64,000 nucleotides of DNA from an uncultured Phascolarctobacterium sp. (GTDB lineage: Bacteria; Bacillota; Negativicutes; Acidaminococcales; Acidaminococcaceae), in the NCBI RefSeq assembly GCF_934190775.1, contig NZ_CAKPTG010000008.1, forward strand, positions 26,337-90,336, in the 5' to 3' direction. This document shows positions 46,312 through 56,385 of this stretch, in pieces; the first letter of the stretch is position 1; each line of letters begins with the position of its first letter. The notes beneath the pieces were generated by a model that saw nothing but the letters and a program-made list of their open reading frames with translations, was not told where the DNA came from and ran no database searches. The translations under genes were made by a program, and so were the position numbers.

Positions 46312-48261
46312 CTATCTGCGGCGCTTATCCTCGCGCCTTTTTCCACCGGTACTGTTTGAACCGGTACTACGCATTGCATCACGCGCTCCACTGCCTGCAG
46401 CACTACGCGCTGCATTACGCTTCGCTCCGCGGGATGCATCACGCTTCGCGCCTCGCGCTCCGCCGCGCTGCTCCTGCTCTGTATACAGCAGGCATTTAGG
46501 TCCGCTGCCGACAAGATCCATGCGGTCAGCCTTTTGCAGCGCCTCCAGCACCAGCTTACGGTTGCGGGGAGCGCGGTACTGCATCAGTGCACGCTGCATC
46601 GCCTTATCATGCGGATTGCGGGCAACAAACACATCCTGTCCGCTTTCCGGATCAACGCCTGAATAATACATCGCCGTCGCCGCACTGCCGGGAGTAGGAA
46701 TAAAGTCCTGCACCTGCTCCGGATTGTGCTTGATATCACGCAAAAACTCCGCTAATTCAATAGCATTGTTCAGCGTACAGCCAGGGTGGCTGGAAATAAA
46801 ATACGGCACAAGATATTGCGGCAGGTTAATCTCTTTATTTTTTTGCGCAAACATGCGCATAAACTTCAGATAAACATCCTTACCGGGCTTACCCATACGC
46901 GCCAGAACCTGCGGTGCGATATGCTCCGGTGCAATCTTCAGCAGACCGCTGATATGGTAACGGCACAGCTCGTCCAGGAATTCCTGCTTTTTATCTGCCA
47001 GCAGATAATCGTAACGGATACCGCTGCGGATAAAGACCTTCTTAACGCCCGGTAAAGCACGCAGCTTACGCAAAAGCGCTATATAATCGCTGTGGTCAGC
47101 ATCGATATTGGGGCACGGCTTGGGGAACAGGCACTGCCTGTCCTTGCAGACACCGTATTTAAGCTGCTTGGCGCAGGACGGATGACGGAAGTTAGCTGTA
47201 GGACCGCCAACGTCATGGATATAACCCTTAAAGCCGTCAAGCTGCGTCAGAATTTTTGCTTCACGCAAAATTGATTCATGACTGCGCGCCTGGATAATAC
47301 GTCCCTGATGCGCATGAATAGCGCAGAAGGAACAGCTGCCGAAGCAGCCTCTGCTGCTTACCAGGCTGAACTGAACCTCCTCCAGAGCTGCTACGCCGCC
47401 CTTGGCGTCGTAGCTCGGGTGCCACTGGCGCATATACGGCAAATCATAGATAGCGTCCATCTCTTCCATCGTTAAGGGGAAGATGTTCTGGTTCTGCACG
47501 ATATATTTCTTCTGTCCCTTTTGGACTACCAGCTTGCCATAGAACGGATCCTGCTCCTTGCTCTGCAGCTTAAAGGCTCTGGCAAATTCCTTGCGGTCAT
47601 CCTTGATTTGCTTCCAGCCCGGAAGCTCCACATATTCATCATCGGGCAAACTGTCAGACAGATACGCCGTACCGCGGATATAATGCAAATCCTCGGCACT
47701 GGCACCGCCTGCCAGATAGTCGGCAATTTCCATAATCTGTTTTTCGCCCATGCCGTAAACCAAAAGGTCCGCACCGCTGGCCTCCAGAATAGAAGGCATC
47801 AGCTTGTTTTCCCAGTAGTCAAAATGCACAAAACGGCGCAGGCTGGCTTCAATACCGCCGATAATTACAGGCATATCCGGCCACAGCTTTTTGACGAGTT
47901 GCGCATAAACGGCCGTAGCATGGTCGGGACGCTGTCCCACCGCACCGCCTGCGGTATATTTGTCGACAGAACGCTCGTTCTTGGCTGCCGTATAACGGCA
48001 CAGCATGGAGTCAAGGTTGCCGCCGGAAATAAGCACGCCCAGACGCGGCTTGCCCAGCTCTGCCATATATTCTGCTTTATCCCAACGCGGCTGGCACAGC
48101 ATAGCTACCTTGTAGCCCTGCGCCTCCAGCACACGGCAGATTACTGCCGGACCAAAGGAGGGATGGTCTACATAAGCATCGCCGCTGATAAACAGAAAGT
48201 CAATCTGCTCCCAGCCACGCTCGGCAATTTCTTGAGCGGAAATCGGTAAAAACTGTTTCAT
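46312..48261 (-). CDS. ygiQ: YgiQ-family radical SAM protein (UPF0313) with Arg/Gly/Ala-rich C-terminal tail
   Basis: 649 aa; CxxxCxxC-type cluster CFGSCSFC; family N-domain; C-terminal ~70 aa low-complexity basic repeat (RGGARGAKRDASRGAKRNAARSAAGSGARD...). Confidence 0.85.
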   Translation of the reverse strand: MKQFLPISAQEIAERGWEQIDFLFISGDAYVDHPSFGPAVICRVLEAQGYKVAMLCQPRWDKAEYMAELGKPRLGVLISGGNLDSMLCRYTAAKNERSVDKYTAGGAVGQRPDHATAVYAQLVKKLWPDMPVIIGGIEASLRRFVHFDYWENKLMPSILEASGADLLVYGMGEKQIMEIADYLAGGASAEDLHYIRGTAYLSDSLPDDEYVELPGWKQIKDDRKEFARAFKLQSKEQDPFYGKLVVQKGQKKYIVQNQNIFPLTMEEMDAIYDLPYMRQWHPSYDAKGGVAALEEVQFSLVSSRGCFGSCSFCAIHAHQGRIIQARSHESILREAKILTQLDGFKGYIHDVGGPTANFRHPSCAKQLKYGVCKDRQCLFPKPCPNIDADHSDYIALLRKLRALPGVKKVFIRSGIRYDYLLADKKQEFLDELCRYHISGLLKIAPEHIAPQVLARMGKPGKDVYLKFMRMFAQKNKEINLPQYLVPYFISSHPGCTLNNAIELAEFLRDIKHNPEQVQDFIPTPGSAATAMYYSGVDPESGQDVFVARNPHDKAMQRALMQYRAPRNRKLVLEALQKADRMDLVGSGPKCLLYTEQEQRGGARGAKRDASRGAKRNAARSAAGSGARDAMRSTGSNSTGGKRREDKRRR

Positions 48262-48282
48262 TAAAAACTCCTGAACAAATTA

Positions 48283-49269
48283 TTATTTCTTCTTATCGGC
48301 CTTCACTTCGCCGGCAGCCTGCGGCTGCTCCGGCTCAGCCTGCTTAACCTCAGCCTGCGGCTTCGGTTCTTCTGCCTTCGGCGCAGGTGCGGCTACAGCC
48401 GGCTGCGGTGCCGCTTCCTGCACCTGCGGTGCGGGTGCAGCCTTTTCTTCGGCAACAGACTGCTGTACAGCCTCCTCTGCCTTAGACGCAGCTACAGGCT
48501 GCGTGGGCGCATTACGCAAGTACGTCTTCACTGCGACGCCATGCTCGCCCTTCAGGTCAACCGGTTGTCCATTCACTTTAATGCGGACAACGCCGATATT
48601 GCCATATTTAACAATCAGCTTGTCCTTAGCCTCGAAATGCTTGCTTTCCTTAGCATGCAGAATGCCCGCGAAAAGCTCCTTGCTGTCGGCACTGGCCTCC
48701 AGCCAGCAATCGCCTTCAGCCTCCAGGTCAACAGTAACCTTGTCCAGCACTGCGGGTGCTTTAGCTTCAGGTTTAACCTGCTCGGTCTGCTTAGCTTCTT
48801 CCTTCGGCATATTTTTAAAATAATTAATCGTAGCGGGAATAGCAAAATAACCTGTTGCAAGCACCGCTACTGCAGCCAGACCAGCAAGACATTGCTTCAT
48901 CGGCAGCTTAGGCATTTCCAAACGACCTGTGCCACTGCCAATATCACGCTTCTCCTTCAGCTGGATATTGAGGCGAACCTTATCCACCTCGCGAATCCCC
49001 TGACTGCGTACAGCCTCTGCTGCCATACCGGCAGCGCTGGCCTTGTATTCATTAACAAGCTCCGGACCATTCAAGCCCAGGAAATTACCGTAGTTGCGGA
49101 TGATTCCCTTGAGAAAAACCTCACCCGGAGTCTTGTCATATTCATCATTTTCTACAGCCTGCAGATAACGGCTGCGGATACTAGTACCTTTTTCAGCATC
49201 GGCCAGGGAAATACCCTTAGCCAGTCTTGCTTCCTTCAAAATTGCGCCGACAGTCTTTTCATTGTCCAT
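48283..49269 (-). CDS. RodZ-like helix-turn-helix domain protein with single TM and DUF4115-like C-domain
   Basis: 328 aa; N-terminal HTH (TVGAILKEARLAKGISLADAEKGTSIRSRYLQAVE), TM segment, Pro/Ala/Glu-rich tail. Confidence 0.75.
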   Translation of the reverse strand: MDNEKTVGAILKEARLAKGISLADAEKGTSIRSRYLQAVENDEYDKTPGEVFLKGIIRNYGNFLGLNGPELVNEYKASAAGMAAEAVRSQGIREVDKVRLNIQLKEKRDIGSGTGRLEMPKLPMKQCLAGLAAVAVLATGYFAIPATINYFKNMPKEEAKQTEQVKPEAKAPAVLDKVTVDLEAEGDCWLEASADSKELFAGILHAKESKHFEAKDKLIVKYGNIGVVRIKVNGQPVDLKGEHGVAVKTYLRNAPTQPVAASKAEEAVQQSVAEEKAAPAPQVQEAAPQPAVAAPAPKAEEPKPQAEVKQAEPEQPQAAGEVKADKKK

Positions 49270-49286
49270 TTTGCCTGCACCTCCGC

Positions 49287-51959
49287 TTATTCACGGCGCA
49301 GAAAGCGTTCCTCTGCTTCCTTACGCGACATTATAACCTCTCGGGGCTTGCTGCCCACAGATTGACCAACTATGCCCAGCTCCTCCATGGTATCTACCAA
49401 GCGTGCTGCACGCGTATAACCAATGCGGAAACGTCGCTGCAGCATAGAGCTTGAAGCCTGCCCCATATCCAGAACCAGGCTCAGAGCATCCTCAAAAAGC
49501 TCATCCTCCGCAGGCGCATTAGAGCCTGCATCCTCGGCATTATGGCCTTTATTATCACATTCCAGCTCCTGCTCCGTTACTTCCTCGCTGTAATTTACAG
49601 GAATGGATTGCTTAATAATGAAATCAACTATTTTATTCAGCTCATCATCACTAACGAAGGCACCCTGCACACGTACAGGCTTATTATAGCCTATGGGATA
49701 GAAGAGCATGTCGCCCTTACCCAAAAGCTTTTCAGCACCGCCCATATCAAGAATCGTGCGGGAGTCAGTCTGCGACGATACGGCGAAAGCAATACGTGAA
49801 GGAATATTGGCCTTAACGATGCCTGTAATAACATCTACAGACGGGCGCTGCGTTGCAATAATCAGGTGAATACCGGCAGCGCGGGCCTTCTGTGCCAGAC
49901 GCAGGATGGCATCCTCCACATCCACCTTGGCCACCATCATCAGGTCAGACAACTCGTCGATGATGATTACGATATAAGGCATCTTTTCTTCCGCCTGCGC
50001 GTTAAAGGTTTTGATATCACGCACGCGGCTTTCAGCAAACGCCTTATAACGGCGTTCCATTTCTGCTACCGCCCAATGCAGCGCGCTGGCTGCCTTTTTC
50101 GGCTCGGTAACAACAGGTGTTAAAAGATGCGGAATACCGTTGTAATTAGACAGTTCCACAACCTTAGGATCTACCAGAATCAGCTTAACCTCATCCGGAG
50201 TAGCGCGGTACAAAATACCGGCGATAATCGTATTAATGCATACAGATTTACCGGAGCCGGTAGAGCCTGCTACCAGAAGGTGCGGCATTTTGGCAAGGTC
50301 TGCCGAAATAATATCACCACTGATATCCTTGCCCAAGCCAATGCACAGATGCTCCTTCGCATTACGTACATTGCTTGCTTCGACTACCTCACGAAAGCAC
50401 ACCGGATCATTCTTCGTGTTCGGCGCCTCAATACCAATCGCAGACTTGCCGGGAATGGGCGCTTCAATACGCACGCCTGGAGCAGCCAGACGCAGAGCAA
50501 TGTCGTCCGCCAGGTTCACAACCGAGCTTACCTTTACACCAGCCGCAGGCTGCAGCTCGAAGCGGGTAACTGACGGTCCACGTGTTGCGGCAATAACATT
50601 AGCACGCACCTTAAAGTCTGCCAACGTCTGCTCCAATATAGCACGCTGGTCCATAATATCCTTCTGGAAGGTAGAACGGTCGCTCGCCTTTGGCTTATCA
50701 AGCAGCTCCAGCGGCGGCAGCTTGTAGCTGCTGGCATCAGTAGGCTCAGCACCTGCAGGCTGCTCAGCAATGTCTGCAACAGTAATTTTATCCGCACTAT
50801 CATAAATCGTCATCGCCGGTGCCTGCTCAGGCATCGGTTCCGGCTCAACAGTCGCCTCATAATATACAGACTCAGCAGGAGAATCTGGACTTTTCTCCAG
50901 ATGCAAATCTTGAATTATAGACGCAGGATGCTCCGGTTCCGGCTGCATTTCGAACTCAGGCTCAACCTCAGGTGGTTCAGCAACAGGCTCTTGCTTTGGC
51001 TCAACCAACGGCGGCTCTGCATCATCCAGAAAACGGCTGTCCGGTTCGTAACCAGCGTCATCATCATAATTGATAACCGGTGTAAACACCACCTCATGAC
51101 TGCTTTTTTCCCAATCAGGCAACTGCACCGGATCACGCTCAAGCTCCTCTTTCAAAGGCGATTGCTCATAAACACTCTTATTTTTCTTAAAGCTCAGGAT
51201 ACTCCTAAAGCCACTTTTCTTTTGTACACCCTCATTGAAGGCATCAAACTCGGGACTGGTATAGGTGTTGATGACATTATCCGCAGGCTCATTTACAGCT
51301 TTGTGTGATTTACGTTTGAAGACAGGCTGCGCTGCCTCCTCCACCGGACGCTTGCGCTCTTCCTGCACCTTGTCATCCGGGCGCACCAGCGTCAGATCAT
51401 CGGAGGTCAGATAATCCTGCCACAGCTCCCACCACTTACGCAGCGGCAGCACCAGGCCCAATAGCCACAGCCAGCCAAGAGCCAGGATAATATAAACCGT
51501 AATATCGCCGACCAACCCATGCAACAGCTTCATCAGCAAACCACCGACAAGACCGCCGCCCTTTGCTATCAGCGAAGGCTCCAGCTCCGAGCCAACAGGT
51601 ACAAAAACATGATGAGCTGTGCCAGTAAGGCACAGCGTCACCAAAGTAAAAATTAATGTTCTCTTGTTAAAAACACCAAATTGTCCTCTAAGCAGCTGCC
51701 AGGACATAGCAAAGAAAGCAAAAGGCAACAAAAAGATACCCTTACCCAACAGATTCAATTCCACCAGGTAAGTATAATGCAATACGCCATCCTCAGGCGT
51801 CAAAAGAAGCGCAACTGTAAACAGCAGGCCTAAAAGAAGGCATATGATGCCAACCAGACGCGAATAGCTTATATTCTTCTGTTGCTTCCTTCTTCTTCTT
51901 TCCTTGCGCAAGTTAAGACAACTCCTAATTGGCAGCTGCCAGCAGTCATCTGTTATCAA
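49287..51959 (-). CDS. ftsK: DNA translocase FtsK/SpoIIIE
   Basis: 890 aa; N-terminal TM segments, Pro/Glu-rich linker, Walker [10 protein letters not shown]-terminal gamma winged helix; true start may be internal. Confidence 0.9.
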   Translation of the reverse strand: MITDDCWQLPIRSCLNLRKERRRRKQQKNISYSRLVGIICLLLGLLFTVALLLTPEDGVLHYTYLVELNLLGKGIFLLPFAFFAMSWQLLRGQFGVFNKRTLIFTLVTLCLTGTAHHVFVPVGSELEPSLIAKGGGLVGGLLMKLLHGLVGDITVYIILALGWLWLLGLVLPLRKWWELWQDYLTSDDLTLVRPDDKVQEERKRPVEEAAQPVFKRKSHKAVNEPADNVINTYTSPEFDAFNEGVQKKSGFRSILSFKKNKSVYEQSPLKEELERDPVQLPDWEKSSHEVVFTPVINYDDDAGYEPDSRFLDDAEPPLVEPKQEPVAEPPEVEPEFEMQPEPEHPASIIQDLHLEKSPDSPAESVYYEATVEPEPMPEQAPAMTIYDSADKITVADIAEQPAGAEPTDASSYKLPPLELLDKPKASDRSTFQKDIMDQRAILEQTLADFKVRANVIAATRGPSVTRFELQPAAGVKVSSVVNLADDIALRLAAPGVRIEAPIPGKSAIGIEAPNTKNDPVCFREVVEASNVRNAKEHLCIGLGKDISGDIISADLAKMPHLLVAGSTGSGKSVCINTIIAGILYRATPDEVKLILVDPKVVELSNYNGIPHLLTPVVTEPKKAASALHWAVAEMERRYKAFAESRVRDIKTFNAQAEEKMPYIVIIIDELSDLMMVAKVDVEDAILRLAQKARAAGIHLIIATQRPSVDVITGIVKANIPSRIAFAVSSQTDSRTILDMGGAEKLLGKGDMLFYPIGYNKPVRVQGAFVSDDELNKIVDFIIKQSIPVNYSEEVTEQELECDNKGHNAEDAGSNAPAEDELFEDALSLVLDMGQASSSMLQRRFRIGYTRAARLVDTMEELGIVGQSVGSKPREVIMSRKEAEERFLRRE

Positions 51960-52025
51960 TAGGCCACTGACAGCCGCTCATTAATCACTAAAAAATATTC
52001 ACTAGTCACTAATCACTGAAATCTA

Positions 52026-53690
52026 TCAGATTTCCATGATAATCGGCAAAATCATCGGACGACGACGGGTTCTTTCAAACAGGAAGCGTCCCAGGGAATC
52101 ACGTACCGTAGACTTGATTGCGGACCATTCGGAAACATTGTTTTCCTCACAGCGATCCAGTGCAGCCTGCACCTTATCGCGAGCTTCATCCATCAGGTCC
52201 TCGGCCTCACGTACATAAACAAAGCCGCGGGAAACGATATCCGGACCGGAAACTACATGACAGGATTCCTTATCAATGGTTACAACTACAATCATAATAC
52301 CATCCTGAGAAAGCTGACGGCGGTCGCGCAGTACGATGTTGCCTACGTCGCCGACACCCAGGCCGTCAACCAGCACCTTGCCTGCAGGCACCTTGCCGTT
52401 AATGGTAATGCTACTCTTGGTCAGCTCGATAACGCTGCCGTTTTCACCGATAACAATGTGGTCTGCCGGCATGCCGAGGGATTTCGCCAGATTAGCATGC
52501 TTAACCAGGTGACGGTATTCACCATGCACAGGCATGAAGAAACGCGGACGCACCAGATTGTGCATCATCTTGATTTCCTCCTGGCTGGCGTGGCCGGAAA
52601 CGTGGACGCCGTTGCTCTTTTCATAAATAACGTCCGCACCCAGCTTGTACAGATGGTCGATAGTACGGGAAACGAGCTTTTCGTTGCCAGGAATCGGTGT
52701 AGCAGAAATAATTACTGTATCGCCGGGCATAATGTCAACCTTTTTATGGTCATTCATAGCCATACGGGTGAGCGCACTCATCGGTTCGCCCTGGCTGCCG
52801 GTAGTAATGATGACAACCTTTTCCGGTGTATAGTTATGAGTTTCGTCGATATCAATCAAAACGCCTTCAGGAATCTTCAGATAACCCAATTCCTTGGCAA
52901 TATTAACTACGTTTACCATGCTGCGGCCAATAACTGCTACCTTACGCTCGTACTTCACAGCAGTATCAACAACCTGTTGGATACGATGTACGTTAGAGGA
53001 GAAGGTTGCTACGATAATGCGATGCTTAGCATAGCGGAATTCTTCATCAAAGGTCTGGCCTACCATGCGTTCGCTGGGAGTAAAGCCGGGGCGCTCAGCG
53101 TTGGTGCTGTCTGCCAGCAGGCACAGTACACCGCGGTCGCCGTATTCGGCAAATTTATTGAATTCCATAACCTGTCCGTCAACAGGAGTGTGGTCGATTT
53201 TGAAGTCACCGGTGTGGATAATAACACCGATAGGAGTAGTAATCGCGATTGCAACAGCGTCGGGAATGCTGTGGTTTACGCGGATGAAATCGAGCTTAAA
53301 GGCACCGGCGTTAATCTTGTCACCGGGTTTTACTACGTGCAGGTTTTCGTTGCCTACACCGTTTTCCTTCAAGCGGCCTTGTAAAATACCCAGAGTAAGT
53401 GCGGTACCATAAACGGGACAATCAATTTGTTTCATAACATAGGGCAGCGCACCGATATGGTCCTCGTGACCATGTGTCAGAAAGATACCCTTAATTTTAT
53501 CTTTATTCTCAACCAAATATGTAATATCGGGAATAACCAAGTCAATGCCGAGCATATCGTCTTCAGGGAACATCAGGCCTGCATCAATCAGGATCATGTC
53601 GTCCCCGTAACGGAATACCGTCATATTTTTACCAATTTCGCCCAAACCACCAAGCGGGATAATCTGGACCTTATGTTGAAATTTACCCAA
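52026..53690 (-). CDS. rnj: Ribonuclease J
   Basis: Start assigned to TTG (MGKFQHKVQIIPLGG) with GGAGGTG RBS; metallo-beta-lactamase HxHxDH (HGHEDH) + beta-CASP + C-terminal domain. Confidence 0.9.
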   Translation of the reverse strand: MGKFQHKVQIIPLGGLGEIGKNMTVFRYGDDMILIDAGLMFPEDDMLGIDLVIPDITYLVENKDKIKGIFLTHGHEDHIGALPYVMKQIDCPVYGTALTLGILQGRLKENGVGNENLHVVKPGDKINAGAFKLDFIRVNHSIPDAVAIAITTPIGVIIHTGDFKIDHTPVDGQVMEFNKFAEYGDRGVLCLLADSTNAERPGFTPSERMVGQTFDEEFRYAKHRIIVATFSSNVHRIQQVVDTAVKYERKVAVIGRSMVNVVNIAKELGYLKIPEGVLIDIDETHNYTPEKVVIITTGSQGEPMSALTRMAMNDHKKVDIMPGDTVIISATPIPGNEKLVSRTIDHLYKLGADVIYEKSNGVHVSGHASQEEIKMMHNLVRPRFFMPVHGEYRHLVKHANLAKSLGMPADHIVIGENGSVIELTKSSITINGKVPAGKVLVDGLGVGDVGNIVLRDRRQLSQDGIMIVVVTIDKESCHVVSGPDIVSRGFVYVREAEDLMDEARDKVQAALDRCEENNVSEWSAIKSTVRDSLGRFLFERTRRRPMILPIIMEI

Positions 53691-53782
53691 AAAAAATACA
53701 CCTCCATTTTTTATTTTACATTCTTCCGTACAAATGTAGAAATTGAATTTGATACTGTGTCCGCACACATACTCTCTACTTT

Positions 53783-53811
53783 ATTATACACTAAATATGG
53801 GCTATTGACAA
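53783..53811 (-). promoter_or_regulatory. Candidate sigma-A promoter of rnj (TTGTCA-N17-TATAAT on minus strand)
   Basis: Near-consensus hexamers with 17-nt spacer ~90 nt upstream of rnj start. Confidence 0.5.
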
Positions 53812-54295
53812 ATAGTGATACATATTTTTTGTGAAAAGTTTGTTGCCAAACGGATGATTTTTGGCAGACGCAAGGATTGCATACAAAAAGTCCTGCAGAT
53901 GACATGCTCCCCCATCTCCTGCTTGACTTTCCCCATATTTCAAGTAAACTTAAATTAAGTTCTTGAAAACCGCAAGTAAGCTTACGCATCTGGCTCATTT
54001 ACCTGCGGACAATTAAATAAGCAGTATATCCTGCAGATACATCTTTTCTGCAGAAGCTTAAGCAAGGCCATTTATATTTATCTGGTACATTCTAAGAGTA
54101 GTACGAACTTACGATTTTCTAATCGCAAAGGTACTGCTCTTTTTTGTTTTTAGGCACTTTGATAACTGCTGATGTATTTTTTACTTTATCCGTGTTAAAA
54201 TGTTATCGCTGAGCTTATAAATTTATCTCTCGCTTATGTAGAGAAACTGAAGGAAGATCAAGCTGAGCAGTCCTGCAAATAATCTTTTCGCTGTT

Positions 54296-54345
54296 ATGAA
54301 AAAGGCGTTCTACCGTACTTAGTGTAGAACGCCTTTATTCTTTTA
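54296..54345. terminator. Bidirectional terminator (AAAGGCGTTCTAC-N10-GTAGAACGCCTTT with U-runs on both strands)
   Basis: 13-bp perfect stem; closes the island-border small gene on the minus strand. Confidence 0.6.
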
Positions 54346-54360
54346 TGTTCGCCGTGAGCT

Positions 54361-54591
54361 TCACTTCTTCTTGCGGTCAAAATTAAAAAGCCCATATAAT
54401 CCGCCGGTGATTAAATTAAGAAAGCTATTAGATAGAGGCCAATTAGTGTCTTTCTCTCGCTTCCACGTAATTATACAAAAGAACGGACCTATAATGTAGC
54501 TGCTTTTTTGCCAGTATGGATCAAAAAACATGACAACAAACATAAAGAGGTAGATACATCCTAAAAATTTAGCATATTTTTTACGCGTCAT
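54361..54591 (-). CDS. Small hypothetical membrane protein (76 aa, 2 TM)
   Basis: ORF with two hydrophobic helices; followed by strong terminator; no recognisable family. Confidence 0.4.
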   Translation of the reverse strand: MTRKKYAKFLGCIYLFMFVVMFFDPYWQKSSYIIGPFFCIITWKREKDTNWPLSNSFLNLITGGLYGLFNFDRKKK

Positions 54592-54651
54592 AAAACTACT
54601 CCTTCAAATCGTCAATTTCTTCCTTACTTTCAGGATCCAGCTGGCGGTATT

Positions 54652-55641
54652 TTATTTCTTGATGTTTTTGGTTTCCTGCTCCAAATCTAACAGGTCAAAC
54701 TCATCGGCTTGCGCTGCATCGAATGCTTTGCGACGTGCGTCAAATTCTTCGTAAATTTTACGGGCGTGTATCTGAGCTTGTTCCATGGTAATTTTCCCGT
54801 GGGATTGCAGCACGGGGACGCCATGATCTAAAAGCAGTTTATCTACACTGGCGCGCCAGAAGTCAAGCGTTAAGTCTTTACGCATTTTTACATGCAATTC
54901 AGCACTTTCAAGGAAGATAGTTACTAAACGATTAAGAACATCTATTTCGTCAGATGTTAAGTAATTTTTGGCAACTATAACATCAGCTTTGCGTACGATT
55001 GAACCACTCCATGAGGTCAAGGCCATATTCGGAGTATCTGCATTTGCACGTGTAGCTATAATTTCAGCAGCAGTTTTTCTTGTGACGCCAAAAAGCAGTT
55101 TGTTTTGCGTGTCTGCAAAGAATAAGTTCGTTGCTTTTTCGGTAACCTTGTAGTCGCTGGAGAGCGCAAACAAGTCACGCAACTTTTGATAAAAACGTTT
55201 TTCGCTGGCGCGAATATCGCGAATCTGTTCCAGCAATTCGTCGAAATAATCCGGACGGCCATCCGGGTTTTTCAAGCGGTCTTTGTCAAGGATAAAGCCT
55301 TTCTGCAGGTATTCTTTCAATGTATTGTTTGCCCACTGGCGGAACTGTGTGCCACGTGGGGAGCGAACGCGGAAACCAACGGCAAGAATGACATCAAGAC
55401 TATAGTATGAAACAAGATAATTTTTCCCATCTGCTGCAGTTGTTCGGATTTTCCGAACAACTGACTTTGCATCTAATTCGTCTTCAGAAAAGATATTTTT
55501 TATATGCTCGCTAATACTAGATTTACTGCTGTTAAATAAATCAACCATCTGCGCCTGCGTTAACCATACAGTGCCGTTATCGGCGTAAAGTTTAATTTCA
55601 GCTTTGCCATCTGCAGTGTTGTAAATAATAATGTCTGCCAT
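54652..55641 (-). CDS. RhuM-family virulence/DinD-like protein
   Basis: Start at MADIIIYNTADGKAEIKLYADNGTVWLTQAQMVDLF, the characteristic RhuM N-terminus; ~329 aa. Confidence 0.8.
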   Translation of the reverse strand: MADIIIYNTADGKAEIKLYADNGTVWLTQAQMVDLFNSSKSSISEHIKNIFSEDELDAKSVVRKIRTTAADGKNYLVSYYSLDVILAVGFRVRSPRGTQFRQWANNTLKEYLQKGFILDKDRLKNPDGRPDYFDELLEQIRDIRASEKRFYQKLRDLFALSSDYKVTEKATNLFFADTQNKLLFGVTRKTAAEIIATRANADTPNMALTSWSGSIVRKADVIVAKNYLTSDEIDVLNRLVTIFLESAELHVKMRKDLTLDFWRASVDKLLLDHGVPVLQSHGKITMEQAQIHARKIYEEFDARRKAFDAAQADEFDLLDLEQETKNIKK

Positions 55642-55668
55642 GTATTCATTCCTCACTTTCAAAATCTA

Positions 55669-56034
55669 TTATCCTAAACTCTCCACGTCTTCTTCCGCCT
55701 TGCGTTGGAGCTTGGCCAGCTTAACATCAATCAAATCGTCAATTTTTTTCTTGCCGTCAGCATCCAGCTGGCGGTATTTTTTTATGTGTGTTTCTTCTTG
55801 CTGGGTGAGGGAGAGAGATGGTGGCGTGGGAGCGTCTTCCAAGCCCATAAGGTAAGCAGGTTTTACTCCTAAAGCTTTAGCAAAAGCAACTATTTTTGAT
55901 TGGGTTATATCGTTTTCACCAGATTCTATCTTTGCTATTGTAGAACGTGATTTATAACCTAATCTTTTTGCGAGCTCTTCTTGAGACATATTTAAATCTT
56001 CTCGCCTTGCTTTGATTCTATCGTACAATGTCAT
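55669..56034 (-). CDS. XRE-family (CI-like) transcriptional regulator
   Basis: Start at MTLYDRIKARRE (AGGAGAG RBS); HTH MSQEELAKRLGYKSRSTIAKIESG; extended C-terminus. Confidence 0.8.
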   Translation of the reverse strand: MTLYDRIKARREDLNMSQEELAKRLGYKSRSTIAKIESGENDITQSKIVAFAKALGVKPAYLMGLEDAPTPPSLSLTQQEETHIKKYRQLDADGKKKIDDLIDVKLAKLQRKAEEDVESLG

Positions 56035-56190
56035 GAGCAACACTCTCCTGTCTTTAATATAAGGTTATAGCAGCATAATTGTTCCATATGATCAACAAAA
56101 AATTGCCTAGTAAGCAAAAATGTTGATAAAAAGGAACGAAGAGAGCATAACGAATCTGTGATTAAAAATCAACAAAAGAGGTGACAAATA

Positions 56191-56385
56191 ATGACGGACA
56201 GTATTACATGTGAATTAGCCGTCACTAAAGCGAGAATATCGAAAGGAGCTATAGCGAATGCTCTTGGGATATCTCGCATGAGTTTAACGCGAAAAATCAA
56301 CAATGTTACTGAATTTAAAGCCAGCGAAATTTCGCTGCTTAAAACTATTTTGCATCTTGATGACAAAGAGCGCGGTTTGAGTACC
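56191..56385 (+). CDS. Small Cro-like HTH protein, divergent from the XRE gene; reading frame runs into the CRISPR array
   Basis: N-terminus MTDSITCELAVTKARISKGAIANALGISRMSLTRKIN has HTH; no stop before first CRISPR repeat, so true 3' end is unclear. Confidence 0.35.

Noticed and set aside
53711-53998. 95-aa minus-strand ORF upstream of rnj
   Set aside because: It overlaps the predicted rnj promoter and 5'UTR in an AT-rich region and has no RBS.
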